Assembly (NCBI GenBank): GCA_002788775.1
Contig: PFRX01000028.1
Coordinates: forward strand, 18,959 to 82,958
DNA: 64,000 nucleotides
Origin: Candidatus Peregrinibacteria bacterium CG_4_9_14_0_2_um_filter_53_11
GTDB taxonomy: Bacteria > Patescibacteriota > Gracilibacteria > UBA1369 > UM-FILTER-53-11
Reading direction: 5' to 3'
The notes beneath the pieces were generated by a model. That model did not search any database. It saw only the letters and a list, made by a program, of their open reading frames with translations, and was not told the origin of the DNA. Positions 36,664 through 47,147 of the stretch are shown piece after piece (position 1 is the first letter of the stretch; every line of letters begins with the position of its first letter). The position numbers and the translations under genes are program-made.

Positions 36664-36900
36664 CCGTTGAGGAGAACCTCAAGATGGGGGGCTACATTAT
36701 GAGTGACAGAGAGACCGTAACAGCCGCTATCGACTACGTTTATGAGAAGTAGCGCCGTCAGCAGAAGGCCAAGCTGATGTCGGGTTGAGAGCAGCAGATG
36801 CTCGCTCTGGGCCGCGCTCTCATCCTCAAACCACGACTCATTCTTCTTGATGAGCCCTCGATCGGCCTGGCTCCAAAGATTGTCGAGGAGGTCTTTAAGC
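36603..36900 (+). pseudogene. Relic of a LivF-type branched-chain amino acid ABC transporter ATPase (internal fragment, two in-frame stops)
   Basis: Frame reads GVCYVPQGRAIFPSMTVEENLKMGGY...[51 protein letters not shown]. It keeps the Q-loop, ABC signature and Walker B but lacks Walker A and the C-terminus. TAG at 36750-36752 and TGA at 36786-36788. Confidence 0.75.
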
Positions 36901-36960
36901 CTACCTGGGCAAGAGTGCCGCCTAACAGGTTTGATAGAGCTGCAGTGCGAGGAGCAGTAA

Positions 36961-36989
36961 TTGACATAATTAGCCTAAAGTGCTATTAT
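36961..36989 (+). promoter_or_regulatory. Promoter TTGACA-17-(TGc)TATTAT
   Basis: Consensus -35 at 36961-36966 and -10 at 36984-36989, preceded by TGC. Upstream of the ORF at 37030. Confidence 0.7.
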
Positions 36990-37029
36990 ATTCAACTGAG
37001 AGGCTTGAATACTATTTAGTACTACACCC

Positions 37030-37545
37030 ATGGCAGAAAATGCAGAAGAAAAAGTAGAGTCAGGTAAAGCTGAAAAAGGGCGCCTCATCGTTGAGGGGCC
37101 AAAAGCGCTTGGACGTGGTCTGTGGAAAGGTGTTAAAGGTGTAACCGGTTTTGTTAGTCGACGCGTAAAGGGCGCGGTTGGCGGAGCCGTGGATGCAACG
37201 TACGGACAGGTTACCGGAGAGTTAGCTGAAGCCGCCCAGCGCATGGGCTTTGAGCAGAAGGGGACCGGTCCCTTCAGACGGGTTGGTGATGTCGTAGAGA
37301 GAACAAACAGTGCAGTAAGTAAGGCCGTCGGGGGAACAATTGACTATGCCACCAGCATCCCCGGACGTGTTACGAGCAGAACAACCGCAGCCGTACAGCG
37401 TGTCTGGGATGCCTTCTTTGGAATCGATCGTCCTGCAAAGGATGCGGAGCTGGCAAAGAGAGTTGCAGCCAGACGAGCGCGCAAACAGCGTGTGGCCGAG
37501 GCTCTTGCCGGTGATGATCTTAGTGGAGCGGCCGGTGCGCACTAA
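37030..37545 (+). CDS. Hypothetical protein (171 aa), Gly/Ala/Val/Lys-rich
   Basis: ORF downstream of a consensus promoter. Preferred over the overlapping antisense ORF 37222-37941, which would also run across the gshA 5' end. Confidence 0.5.
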   Translation: MAENAEEKVESGKAEKGRLIVEGPKALGRGLWKGVKGVTGFVSRRVKGAVGGAVDATYGQVTGELAEAAQRMGFEQKGTGPFRRVGDVVERTNSAVSKAVGGTIDYATSIPGRVTSRTTAAVQRVWDAFFGIDRPAKDAELAKRVAARRARKQRVAEALAGDDLSGAAGAH

Positions 37546-37590
37546 GGCCGTGAGAGAGTGAAGAGCTCTCGAAGTTTTCCGCCAGCACGG

Positions 37591-37596
37591 TATACT
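37591..37596 (+). promoter_or_regulatory. -10-like TATACT, 6 nt upstream of the gshA ATG
   Basis: cggTATACTtgaggcATG. The -35 region is weak. Confidence 0.4.
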
Positions 37597-37602
37597 TGAG
37601 GC

Positions 37603-38883
37603 ATGCTTCCCTACCTTGTCGAACAGTTCAAAAAACATGACTCTAAAATTCAGGAGTGGTTTTCCTACTACGAGAGCCAGATCGGCTCCGAGCCTATCTA
37701 TGCCTCGGTGGACTTGAGGAATGCCGGATACAAGATCGCTCCGGTAGACACGAACATCTTCCCCGCAGGCTTTAATAACCTCTGCCCCAGCTTCCAGCGC
37801 GAGGCGACTCGGCTTTTCAAGGAGGCTCTTAGCGCGCCCGGAATCGACCGAAAGCTGCTCGGAGGCCGTGGCGAGATAAAAAAGATCCTGATTTTGGCCG
37901 AGGAACACACCCGGAATCTCTTCTACTTCGACCATCTGCACGCACTCAAATCTATTGTTGAGGCGGCGGGCATAGAGGTTGTCGTGGGGAGCTTATCCAC
38001 GGATCTACCCGCTGAAGAAAACTTTTTCGAGAACGCTTCGGGCAAGAAGGTGACGATCGCTCGTGCTGCCGAGAAGAACGGCAAACTCCAGACCTCGACC
38101 TTCCTCCCCGACCTCATCCTGATCAACAACGACTTCTCAGCCGGCCTCCCCGAGGTCATTAGACGGGTCAAACAGCCCATGGTTCCCACTCCGCATATTG
38201 GCTGGCACAGAAGGAAAAAGAGCGACCACTTCACCCACTACCGGAAGTTCATCGAAAACTTTGCGGAGCACATCGAGATCGACCCTTGGCTCATGCTTGC
38301 AGAGTTCAGTATGGTTGACGAGCTGAATCTCAGTGAGAGCTCGAGCACCGAGCGGTTGGCCGCAGAAGTTGACCGCCTCCTTGCCATCATTCGAGAGAAG
38401 CACCACGCTCACGGAGTTTCAGATGAGCCCTTCGTCTTTGTCAAAAACAATGCGGGAACCTACGGTATGGCCATCATGACCGCCCACTCGGGCGATGAGT
38501 TTCTTCAGCTGAATAAGAAGCAGCGCAAAAACATGAAAACGGGCAAAGGAAGTCAGTCCGTAACGAGCCTCATTATTCAAGAGGGGCTCGTTACCGTCGA
38601 CCGCTTTCAAGGACTCGTCGCCGAGCCGGTCGTCTACCTTGTAAACAACCAAGCCTGTGGCGGCTTCTTCCGCCTTCACGACTCCGTTGATGAGCGCGGG
38701 AACCTGAATCAGCCGGGCATGCGTTTCAGTAAGCTCTGCTTCCACGAGCTAACAGGCTATGAAAACGTCTACGAGAAGGCCTGTGACATGGACTGCCTCA
38801 GCATGGTCTACAAGTATACTGCTCGCATTGCCTCACTGGCAGCCGGTTGTGAAATTAACTCTATCCCACTTCATGAGATCTAA
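37603..38883 (+). CDS. gshA: Glutamate--cysteine ligase, GshA (Acidithiobacillus-type, Pfam GshA / TIGR02049-like)
   Basis: The N-terminal block IYASVDLRNAGYKIAPVDTNIFPAGFNNL matches my recollection of this family. Its 3' end overlaps the start of gshB, a coupling that supports the call. Confidence 0.7.
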   Translation: MLPYLVEQFKKHDSKIQEWFSYYESQIGSEPIYASVDLRNAGYKIAPVDTNIFPAGFNNLCPSFQREATRLFKEALSAPGIDRKLLGGRGEIKKILILAEEHTRNLFYFDHLHALKSIVEAAGIEVVVGSLSTDLPAEENFFENASGKKVTIARAAEKNGKLQTSTFLPDLILINNDFSAGLPEVIRRVKQPMVPTPHIGWHRRKKSDHFTHYRKFIENFAEHIEIDPWLMLAEFSMVDELNLSESSSTERLAAEVDRLLAIIREKHHAHGVSDEPFVFVKNNAGTYGMAIMTAHSGDEFLQLNKKQRKNMKTGKGSQSVTSLIIQEGLVTVDRFQGLVAEPVVYLVNNQACGGFFRLHDSVDERGNLNQPGMRFSKLCFHELTGYENVYEKACDMDCLSMVYKYTARIASLAAGCEINSIPLHEI

Positions 38884-39829
38884 ACTCCTCTTTATCATCG
38901 ATCCCCTTCCGACCTTTCACTTTGAGACGGATACGACTTTCGTCATCATGGCCGAGGCACAGCGACGGGGCCACGAGGTCTGGACGACTACCATCGATGA
39001 GCTGATGATGGCTGGCTCTCGACCGACGGCACCGATGCGCAGACTGAATATAACTAACCCGGCAGAGTTTGAGTGGCAGGAGTCAGAGGAGACGAAGCGC
39101 CCTCTTGATGAGATGGAGCTTATCTTCATGCGCAAAGATCCGCCCTTCAACATGGACTACATTATGGCGACCTACATCCTCTCTCTAGTGGATGAGGAAA
39201 AGACGCTCATCTTCAACAAGCCTTCGGGGCTCCGCGAGTTTAGTGAGAAGATGGGAATTTTCCTCTTCCCCGAACTCATCCCCGAGACTATTGTTGCCAA
39301 GAAAAAGGCCGAGCTCCGCGCCTTCCAAGAGACACAGGGGACGATCGTCCTCAAGACGCTTGACGGTTTTGCGGGAAGCAATATTTTCGTCCTGCACAAG
39401 GATGACAAGAACCGCAATGTCATTCTAGAGACAATGACCCGTGGGGAGCAGCGCTATGTTATGGCTCAGCGCTTTCTGCCCGAGATAAGTCAGGGCGACC
39501 GACGTGTCCTCGTTCTCAACGGGGAGATTCTGGGAGTCCACAACCGGCTGGCGGCTATCGATGACTACCGAAGCAATATCTCCGCAGGCGGGAGGAGTGC
39601 CGCCGCCAGGCTCAGTGAAAAAGAAGAGGAAATCTGCCTCACGATCGCACAGCGCCTCCGCAAACTGGGAATCGTCTTCGCGGGAATAGACCTGATTGGA
39701 ACCTTTGTAACCGAGATTAACGTTACAAGTCCCACAGGCCTGGTTCTCATAAACAGTCATGAGGGAGTACATCTTGAGGCCCACGTCCTCGACTTCTTCG
39801 AACAGGCCATCGCAGCTCATACGGCATGA
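38873..39829 (+). CDS. gshB: Glutathione synthetase (prokaryotic ATP-grasp GshB)
   Basis: Collinear with E. coli GshB: FIIDPL..DT.F..MAEAQRRGHEV, MRKDPPF, KTLDGFAGSNIF, DRRVLVLNGE, AGGR, EINVTSPTG. The ATG at 38873 overlaps the gshA end by 11 nt. Confidence 0.88.
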   Translation: MRSKLLFIIDPLPTFHFETDTTFVIMAEAQRRGHEVWTTTIDELMMAGSRPTAPMRRLNITNPAEFEWQESEETKRPLDEMELIFMRKDPPFNMDYIMATYILSLVDEEKTLIFNKPSGLREFSEKMGIFLFPELIPETIVAKKKAELRAFQETQGTIVLKTLDGFAGSNIFVLHKDDKNRNVILETMTRGEQRYVMAQRFLPEISQGDRRVLVLNGEILGVHNRLAAIDDYRSNISAGGRSAAARLSEKEEEICLTIAQRLRKLGIVFAGIDLIGTFVTEINVTSPTGLVLINSHEGVHLEAHVLDFFEQAIAAHTA

Positions 39830-39878
39830 TAGCAAAAAATAAGAATACCCGACCCGTCGCCTAAACCTATACCCCCTA

Positions 39879-40673
39879 ATGTTTTCAAAATACCTCTCCA
39901 TTATGCGGCTCGGCTGGCTCGACGCCATTGAGTATCGGACGGAGTTTTTTATCGGAATATTTGGCTGGAGTATCAGGCTCGTTATAGCCCTCTTTCTCTG
40001 GGCGGCGGTCGCACAAGCCTCTGGTGGAACGGTCGGCGGCTACACCTTCCCGGAAATAATGGTCTACTTCTTGGTCGTCCAGATTCTCTCGAGCTTTATC
40101 TTCTCGAGGGTCTCGTTTGTAATGGCGATGGATATCTATCGTGGCGACTTCGTGAACTTCCTCCTCAAACCCATCAACTATGTCGGGATGAGAATGGTCC
40201 ATGAGCTGACACGTAATGCCTTCCGGACGATCCTAACCTTCCTCCTCTTTGGGGTCGTCATAGCTTTTGTCGGAGAACTTCCCGGGCTAACGGCTACACG
40301 CCTGGGGATCGCAATTCTGAGTATGATCGGGGCCTACCTCCTCAACTTCTTCATCGTGGGGATCATTGCACTAAGCGCCTTCTGGATCACGAGCAGTAAC
40401 CGCCTCACCTTCATCTACTTTGGCATTCTGACCATCTTCTCGGGCATGATGATACCCCTCGACCTGTTTCCCGAGCCCTTTAAGGAGATCGTCCTCAACC
40501 TGCCCTTCGCTTTTATCTTCTACTTCCCGGCGAAGGTCTTTCAGAACCCGGCCGACCCCCTAACGTTTCTGCCCCAGCTTGGGCTTCAGTGGCTTTACCT
40601 TAGCCTTATAGGCCTGCTCATGTGGTTCCTCTACAGGCGCGGCGTCCGCCACTTCGAGGCCGTTGGACGATAG
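39879..40673 (+). CDS. ABC-2 type transporter permease (DUF990-like)
   Basis: 6 predicted TM helices. First of two paralogous permeases followed by an ATPase. Confidence 0.7.
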   Translation: MFSKYLSIMRLGWLDAIEYRTEFFIGIFGWSIRLVIALFLWAAVAQASGGTVGGYTFPEIMVYFLVVQILSSFIFSRVSFVMAMDIYRGDFVNFLLKPINYVGMRMVHELTRNAFRTILTFLLFGVVIAFVGELPGLTATRLGIAILSMIGAYLLNFFIVGIIALSAFWITSSNRLTFIYFGILTIFSGMMIPLDLFPEPFKEIVLNLPFAFIFYFPAKVFQNPADPLTFLPQLGLQWLYLSLIGLLMWFLYRRGVRHFEAVGR

Positions 40674-40698
40674 TGCACGGGCGATAAGATCTTCCTTT

Positions 40699-41484
40699 AT
40701 GCGACACACCTTCATCATCTTCAGTAAGCTCTGCGACCTTAACTTTAAAAGGCTGCTGACCTACCGCGCGAGCTTCCTTATCTCGATGCTTTTGATGGGA
40801 ATGTGGGTCTTTGCCTACGCGCTACTGATCGAGGTGATCTTCAGCCACACACCAGACCTTGCCGGCTGGGGGAAGGGAGAGGTTCTTATGATTATGACCT
40901 TCTACTACTTGGTTCAGAACCTAAGTGACATCTTCTTCAAGGACGATATCGAAAACTTTGGCGAGCTGGTTCGGCGAGGCGACCTCGACCTGCGTATAAC
41001 AAAGCCGGCCCCCACACGCCTCCTCTCTTTTTTCTGGACGATGCGTTTCGATCACACCGCCAGCCTGATCTCCACGGGCCTCCTCTTCGCCTATGCCCTT
41101 CACAACCTGGAAGTTCTCCCCACACTTACACAACTGGCCGCGGGCTTTGGACTCATGCTCGTCGCCCTCCTCCTCTACTTCAGCATTCTCTCACTCATCG
41201 CCACCTTCACCTTCTGGATCAGCAAAAACGACAGCTTCAACTCGCTCATCTTCAACCTCTCCCAGCTAGCTCGCTACCCACGTCAGATCTACACCTCCTT
41301 CTTTTCACGCTTCATTACCTTTGGGCTTCCTCTAGCCCTGATCGCAACTGTTCCCGCCGAGGCCGCCCTCGATCGATCGGAGGCCTTCGTACCACTTTAC
41401 CTGATCGGCATAACGGTTGTTTTCTACGCCGGCAGTCGGCTCTTCTGGTACTATGGCATGCGTCACTACACCTCGGCCAACTAA
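40699..41484 (+). CDS. ABC-2 type transporter permease (DUF990-like), second subunit
   Basis: Multi-TM protein, paralogous architecture. The start is ATG 40699 or TTG 40663. Confidence 0.7.
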   Translation: MRHTFIIFSKLCDLNFKRLLTYRASFLISMLLMGMWVFAYALLIEVIFSHTPDLAGWGKGEVLMIMTFYYLVQNLSDIFFKDDIENFGELVRRGDLDLRITKPAPTRLLSFFWTMRFDHTASLISTGLLFAYALHNLEVLPTLTQLAAGFGLMLVALLLYFSILSLIATFTFWISKNDSFNSLIFNLSQLARYPRQIYTSFFSRFITFGLPLALIATVPAEAALDRSEAFVPLYLIGITVVFYAGSRLFWYYGMRHYTSAN

Positions 41485-41501
41485 ACGGCACCCGACACCC
41501 C

Positions 41502-42515
41502 ATGAGTCTTATACACGTACAGAATCTCACAAAACAGTTCGTCCAGTACAAGCGAAAGGCCGGCATCTGGGGCTCCATACGGGGCCTCTTCCACCGCGAG
41601 TCGAGCCTTGTCGAGGCTGTAAAAGAGATCTCTTTCGATATAAAGAAAGGTGAGTTTGTGGGATTTGTGGGGCCAAATGGTGCGGGAAAGACGACCACGC
41701 TCAAGATGCTCTCGGGCATCCTGACCCCAACCACAGGTGAGGCGACGGTGATGGGGTTTACTCCATGGAAGCGTGCCGACGAGTTCAAAAGACGCTTTGC
41801 TCTTGTTATGGGGCAGAAGAACCAGCTCTGGTGGGATCTCCCCGTTGTTGAGAGCCTTGAGTTCAACCGCGTCATGTACGATATTCCAAAAACGACCTAC
41901 ACGAGCCAGAAAGATACTCTCGTGAAGCTTCTTAACATCGAGCATGTACTCGAAACTCAGGTACGTAAGCTCTCTCTGGGTGAGCGCATGAAGTGTGAGC
42001 TTGCAGCTGCACTCCTACACCGTCCGGAGGTCCTGTTTCTGGATGAGCCGACGATCGGGCTGGATGTGGTCTCGCAACAAAATATCCGGGAGTTCCTCCG
42101 TAGCTACAACAAAGAGGAGGGCGCGACGATAATCCTCACCTCCCACTACATGGAGGACATCCGCCGTCTCTGCGAGCGCGTCATAATAATTTCAACGGGA
42201 ATGATTCTCTATGATGGCGATTATCAGCGACTCGTGGAGCACTTTGCCGATAGTAAATTAATTGAGATGAGCTTCAGGGAGGAGGTCTCACGCTCTGAGG
42301 TCGAGCGTTTTGGCGAGCTAGTGGAGTATAGTAAGACCCTCTGCAAGCTGGCGGTTCCGCGCAACGAGGTGAGAGAAAAAACCGCTCAGCTCCTGGAGCA
42401 CCTTCCCATCGAAGATATCTCGATCCGGGAGGAGTCGATGGAAGACATCGTCAGTGATATCTTTCAGGGAAAGAAGCTCGCCCCACACGATAACCCACCC
42501 CGGCAGATACCCTAA
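41502..42515 (+). CDS. ABC transporter ATP-binding protein
   Basis: Walker A GPNGAGKTT, signature LSLGERMK, Walker B LFLDEPTIGLD, H-loop TSHYM. Confidence 0.9.
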   Translation: MSLIHVQNLTKQFVQYKRKAGIWGSIRGLFHRESSLVEAVKEISFDIKKGEFVGFVGPNGAGKTTTLKMLSGILTPTTGEATVMGFTPWKRADEFKRRFALVMGQKNQLWWDLPVVESLEFNRVMYDIPKTTYTSQKDTLVKLLNIEHVLETQVRKLSLGERMKCELAAALLHRPEVLFLDEPTIGLDVVSQQNIREFLRSYNKEEGATIILTSHYMEDIRRLCERVIIISTGMILYDGDYQRLVEHFADSKLIEMSFREEVSRSEVERFGELVEYSKTLCKLAVPRNEVREKTAQLLEHLPIEDISIREESMEDIVSDIFQGKKLAPHDNPPRQIP

Positions 42516-44166
<1,651 letters not shown>

Positions 44167-44172
44167 CACTCC

Positions 44173-44751
44173 ATGATCGCCTATCTCGACGGAACCATTA
44201 TCGACAAGCACGAGCGCACGCTGATTATCGGCGTGGGCGGGGTGGGCTATCTGGTACACGTCTCACGCGCCATTCACGACCTCCACAACAAAGGTCAGGC
44301 CGTTGAACTCTTCATACATACCAACGTCAGAGAGGACGACCTCTCGCTCTACGGCTTCCCCGAGATGCGCCAGCTCGAGTTCTTTAAGCTCCTCATCGGG
44401 GTTTCAGGAGTTGGGCCGAGGAGCGCACTTGAGATTATGAACACGCCCCTTGAGCGCCTCCGCTCGGCGATCGCCCGCAAAGAGATCTTAGTCCTCACAA
44501 AGATACAGGGGATCGGGAAGAAGACGGCGGAGCGAATCTGTGTAGACCTTGAAAACAAGATGAGCCAGGAGGAGCTGACCGCACGCGCGGAGGAGGCTGA
44601 GCCCGATGAGCTAAGAGTGGGCGAGGACATAATCCAGGCCCTCATCTCTCTGGGCTACAAACGGCACCACGTCATGCACGGCCTGAAGGACATTCCCGAG
44701 ACGATCAGCAAAGAAGAAGATGTGATAAAATACTTCCTTCAACACGCCTAA
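44173..44751 (+). CDS. ruvA: Holliday junction DNA helicase subunit RuvA
   Basis: MIAYLDGTI..., tandem HhH motifs (LIGVSGVGPRSALEI, LTKIQGIGKKTAERI). Confidence 0.9.
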   Translation: MIAYLDGTIIDKHERTLIIGVGGVGYLVHVSRAIHDLHNKGQAVELFIHTNVREDDLSLYGFPEMRQLEFFKLLIGVSGVGPRSALEIMNTPLERLRSAIARKEILVLTKIQGIGKKTAERICVDLENKMSQEELTARAEEAEPDELRVGEDIIQALISLGYKRHHVMHGLKDIPETISKEEDVIKYFLQHA

Positions 44752-44754
44752 TCG

Positions 44755-45900
44755 ATGAAGATCCGCTACTCGCAAACGAGCACCACAGATAAGGCTGCAC
44801 TCAAGAGTCTCCGAGCTAAGCTCGACCTCCAGCGCGGCACGATCCAGGGACTCCCCTTTGCACGACTAAAGGACAACGACCCCGAGGAGATAATCAAGCT
44901 AGCCGCTCCCTACAAGCACTTTTCTCATATCTGCCTGGTGGGCCTCGGCGGCTCGAGCCTGGGAGTAAAGGCCATTGCTCATGCCCTGGGAGTGAGTAAG
45001 ATAACCTTTCTGGACAATATCGACCCACAGATGGTGAGTCAGCTCCTGGCCGGCCTCGATCCCAAAGAAACACTCTTTATCATTAGTAGTAAGTCGGGAG
45101 GAACGATTGAGGTGATAAGTCTTGCACGGATTCTGCTCGAAAAGATCGCCCGCCCCTCACAGGTTGTAATCATCACAGACCCAACTCCAAGCCCTCTGAT
45201 GGAGCTGGCAGAGAAGCACAAGATACGTCAGATCATCAACTCTCCTGCCGACGTGCCCGGACGATTCTCGCTCCTGAGTGAGACGGGCCTCTTTCCCCTG
45301 GCCTGTGCCGGAGTTCCCATTGAAAAACTTGTGGAGGGTGCCCGCCAGACCAAGTGGAAGCAGGTTACAGAGCTCGCCGCACAGACCTACCTCAACGCAA
45401 AAAAAGGCCGCACGACCCTCCCCCTCTTCGTCTACAGCGAGCGCCTCTCAAAGCTCACCGACTGGTACATACAGCTCCTGGCGGAGAGCATCGGCAAGCG
45501 GCGTACCGTCGGCATCACTCCTCTTAAGGCGGTTGGAGTTAAGGACCAGCATGCCCAGCTTCAACTGTTTTTAGATGGCCCACGTGACAAGTTCTTCCTC
45601 TTTGTTAAGGCGGAAAACGATGGTCCCCAGCTCACGATTCCCGGTGAAGGCTACTCGCTCAATGCTCTCTTTGATGCGGAGTATCGCGGCGTAATAGGGG
45701 CCTTTAAGAAGCGGAAAAACTCATTTGGGGAGCTTGTCATTGAGGAGGTAGCCACAACGCAGCTTGGAGAACTCGTTTACCTTCTAGAACTGCAGGTTGC
45801 CTGTCTCGGCTCCCTCTACGGAATCAACTTTCAGAACCAGCCGGCCGTGGAGCTCAGTAAGCAGCTCACAAAACTGAGCCTGTCTAAACTCGTGCCATAA
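44755..45900 (+). CDS. pgi: Glucose-6-phosphate isomerase (short SIS-type)
   Basis: GLGGSSLG, SKSGGTIE, GRFS, and an ES.GK-type block (LAESIGKR). Confidence 0.8.
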   Translation: MKIRYSQTSTTDKAALKSLRAKLDLQRGTIQGLPFARLKDNDPEEIIKLAAPYKHFSHICLVGLGGSSLGVKAIAHALGVSKITFLDNIDPQMVSQLLAGLDPKETLFIISSKSGGTIEVISLARILLEKIARPSQVVIITDPTPSPLMELAEKHKIRQIINSPADVPGRFSLLSETGLFPLACAGVPIEKLVEGARQTKWKQVTELAAQTYLNAKKGRTTLPLFVYSERLSKLTDWYIQLLAESIGKRRTVGITPLKAVGVKDQHAQLQLFLDGPRDKFFLFVKAENDGPQLTIPGEGYSLNALFDAEYRGVIGAFKKRKNSFGELVIEEVATTQLGELVYLLELQVACLGSLYGINFQNQPAVELSKQLTKLSLSKLVP

Positions 45901-45992
45901 GATGAGTTTGTGTTGTTAAAAAAAAACGACACGGGCATATTTTGTTTCTGTGAAGCCCCATAAACCCCTCACTCTATAACTAGTACATCAGT

Positions 45993-46020
45993 TTGACTAT
46001 ACGACAACAAGCAGTAGAAT
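45993..46020 (+). promoter_or_regulatory. Promoter TTGACT-16-TAGAAT (distal of two tandem promoters)
   Basis: -35 at 45993-45998 and -10 at 46015-46020. Confidence 0.45.
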
Positions 46021-46044
46021 GCTTAAATAGGAGTCCAAACAAAA

Positions 46045-46073
46045 TTGACATCCTCCCTCATGCCCTCTAACAT
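46045..46073 (+). promoter_or_regulatory. Promoter TTGACA-17-TAACAT, -10 box 9 nt upstream of the ATG at 46083
   Basis: Consensus -35 at 46045-46050 and -10 at 46068-46073. Confidence 0.55.
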
Positions 46074-46082
46074 CGTGTTATT

Positions 46083-47147
46083 ATGTTTACGACCCAAGAC
46101 GATACGCAAGCTGTGACTGCAATACCAGCAGTTAAGGAGCTTGTAAACAACTTGCTCATCCTCCTCTCCCCCAAAGAAAAACATATTATAGAAAATCGCT
46201 ACAGTCTGAATGGGCGGCCCCACTCAACGCTGGAGCGGATTGGCCAGGAGTTCGGCGTCACCCGGGAGCGCATTAGGCAGATCGAAAAAAATGCACTTAA
46301 GAAGCTCTCAAGAAACGTCGTCAACACAAAGCTCAACATCTTCAATCAGCTCGGCAATACGATCATACAAAAATACGAAGGACTCGTCCTCGAAGAAAGA
46401 ATCATCAGTGAGATACTAAGCCTCGTGAGCTCTCCCGAGACTGTTGACCGATCCTCAATTCGCCTCTCACTCGAGCTGGACAGCAATCTTGAGCGCGTTC
46501 CAAATACCATCAACTGCTATCCCTACTTCAAGCTAAAGACACTCGAGAAGAGTGAGATCAATCGTATCGCCAGCTGGGCCCTTAAGTATCTGACCAAGAA
46601 AAAAACTGTCGAGGCCCTCGATGCTCTGGTTGCAGCTTACTCAAAGGAGTTTGCAAAGAATATCAGCAAGCAGTTTATGAGCTCAGCCCTCTCCCTCGAT
46701 CGACGGCTGAAGCTCCTCAAAAAGGGCGTGGGACTCGCTTCATGGCGCTCGATTAATCCACGCACACTCCGTGACAAGATAACCTACATCCTCAAGGATC
46801 ATGGGAAGTCCCTTCACTACGTTGAAATTGCAAATCGCATTGCCGAGAGCAAGTTCGACAAGAAGATGATCAACGTACAGGCTGTTCACAACGAGCTGAT
46901 TCGCGATGAGACCTTCGTTCTTATCGGCAGAGGGATCTATGCGCTCCGTGCATGGGGATATGTTGATGGGACGGTCGCTGATGTCATTGCGGATATCCTC
47001 CGCACCAATGGTTCTCTCGAGCGCGACGCCATCATAGCTGAAGTACTGAAGCGACGGCAGGTTAAGCGGATCACGATCATTCTCAACCTTAAGAACAAGC
47101 CTATATTCGAGCGTGTGGGACGTAACGTCTACTCTCTCAAGGGTTAA
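46083..47147 (+). CDS. Sigma-70 region-4-like HTH protein with C-terminal HARE-HTH domain
   Basis: N-terminal LSPKEKHIIENRYSL...TLERIGQEFGVTRERIRQIEKNALKKL (region 4.2-like). C-terminal ILKDHGKSLHYVEIANRI...VHNELIRDETFVLIGRGIYALRAWGY (HARE-HTH, as in RpoE-delta). Confidence 0.6.
   Translation: MFTTQDDTQAVTAIPAVKELVNNLLILLSPKEKHIIENRYSLNGRPHSTLERIGQEFGVTRERIRQIEKNALKKLSRNVVNTKLNIFNQLGNTIIQKYEGLVLEERIISEILSLVSSPETVDRSSIRLSLELDSNLERVPNTINCYPYFKLKTLEKSEINRIASWALKYLTKKKTVEALDALVAAYSKEFAKNISKQFMSSALSLDRRLKLLKKGVGLASWRSINPRTLRDKITYILKDHGKSLHYVEIANRIAESKFDKKMINVQAVHNELIRDETFVLIGRGIYALRAWGYVDGTVADVIADILRTNGSLERDAIIAEVLKRRQVKRITIILNLKNKPIFERVGRNVYSLKG

Noticed and set aside
36786-36788. The TGA aligns exactly with a Gly of the ABC signature SGGEQ, which hints at genetic code 25 (UGA = Gly, Gracilibacteria/SR1).
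   Set aside because: Neighbouring intact genes use TGA as a genuine stop (aroC 36661-36663, nadB 17238-17240). The same fragment also carries an in-frame TAG and lacks both ends of the gene. A decayed pseudogene is the simpler reading.
37222-37941. 239-aa minus-strand ORF spanning the 37030-37545 ORF and the 5' end of gshA.
   Set aside because: It overlaps the conserved N-terminus of gshA. The plus-strand ORF has a consensus promoter (36961-36989). The minus ORF has no recognisable motifs.
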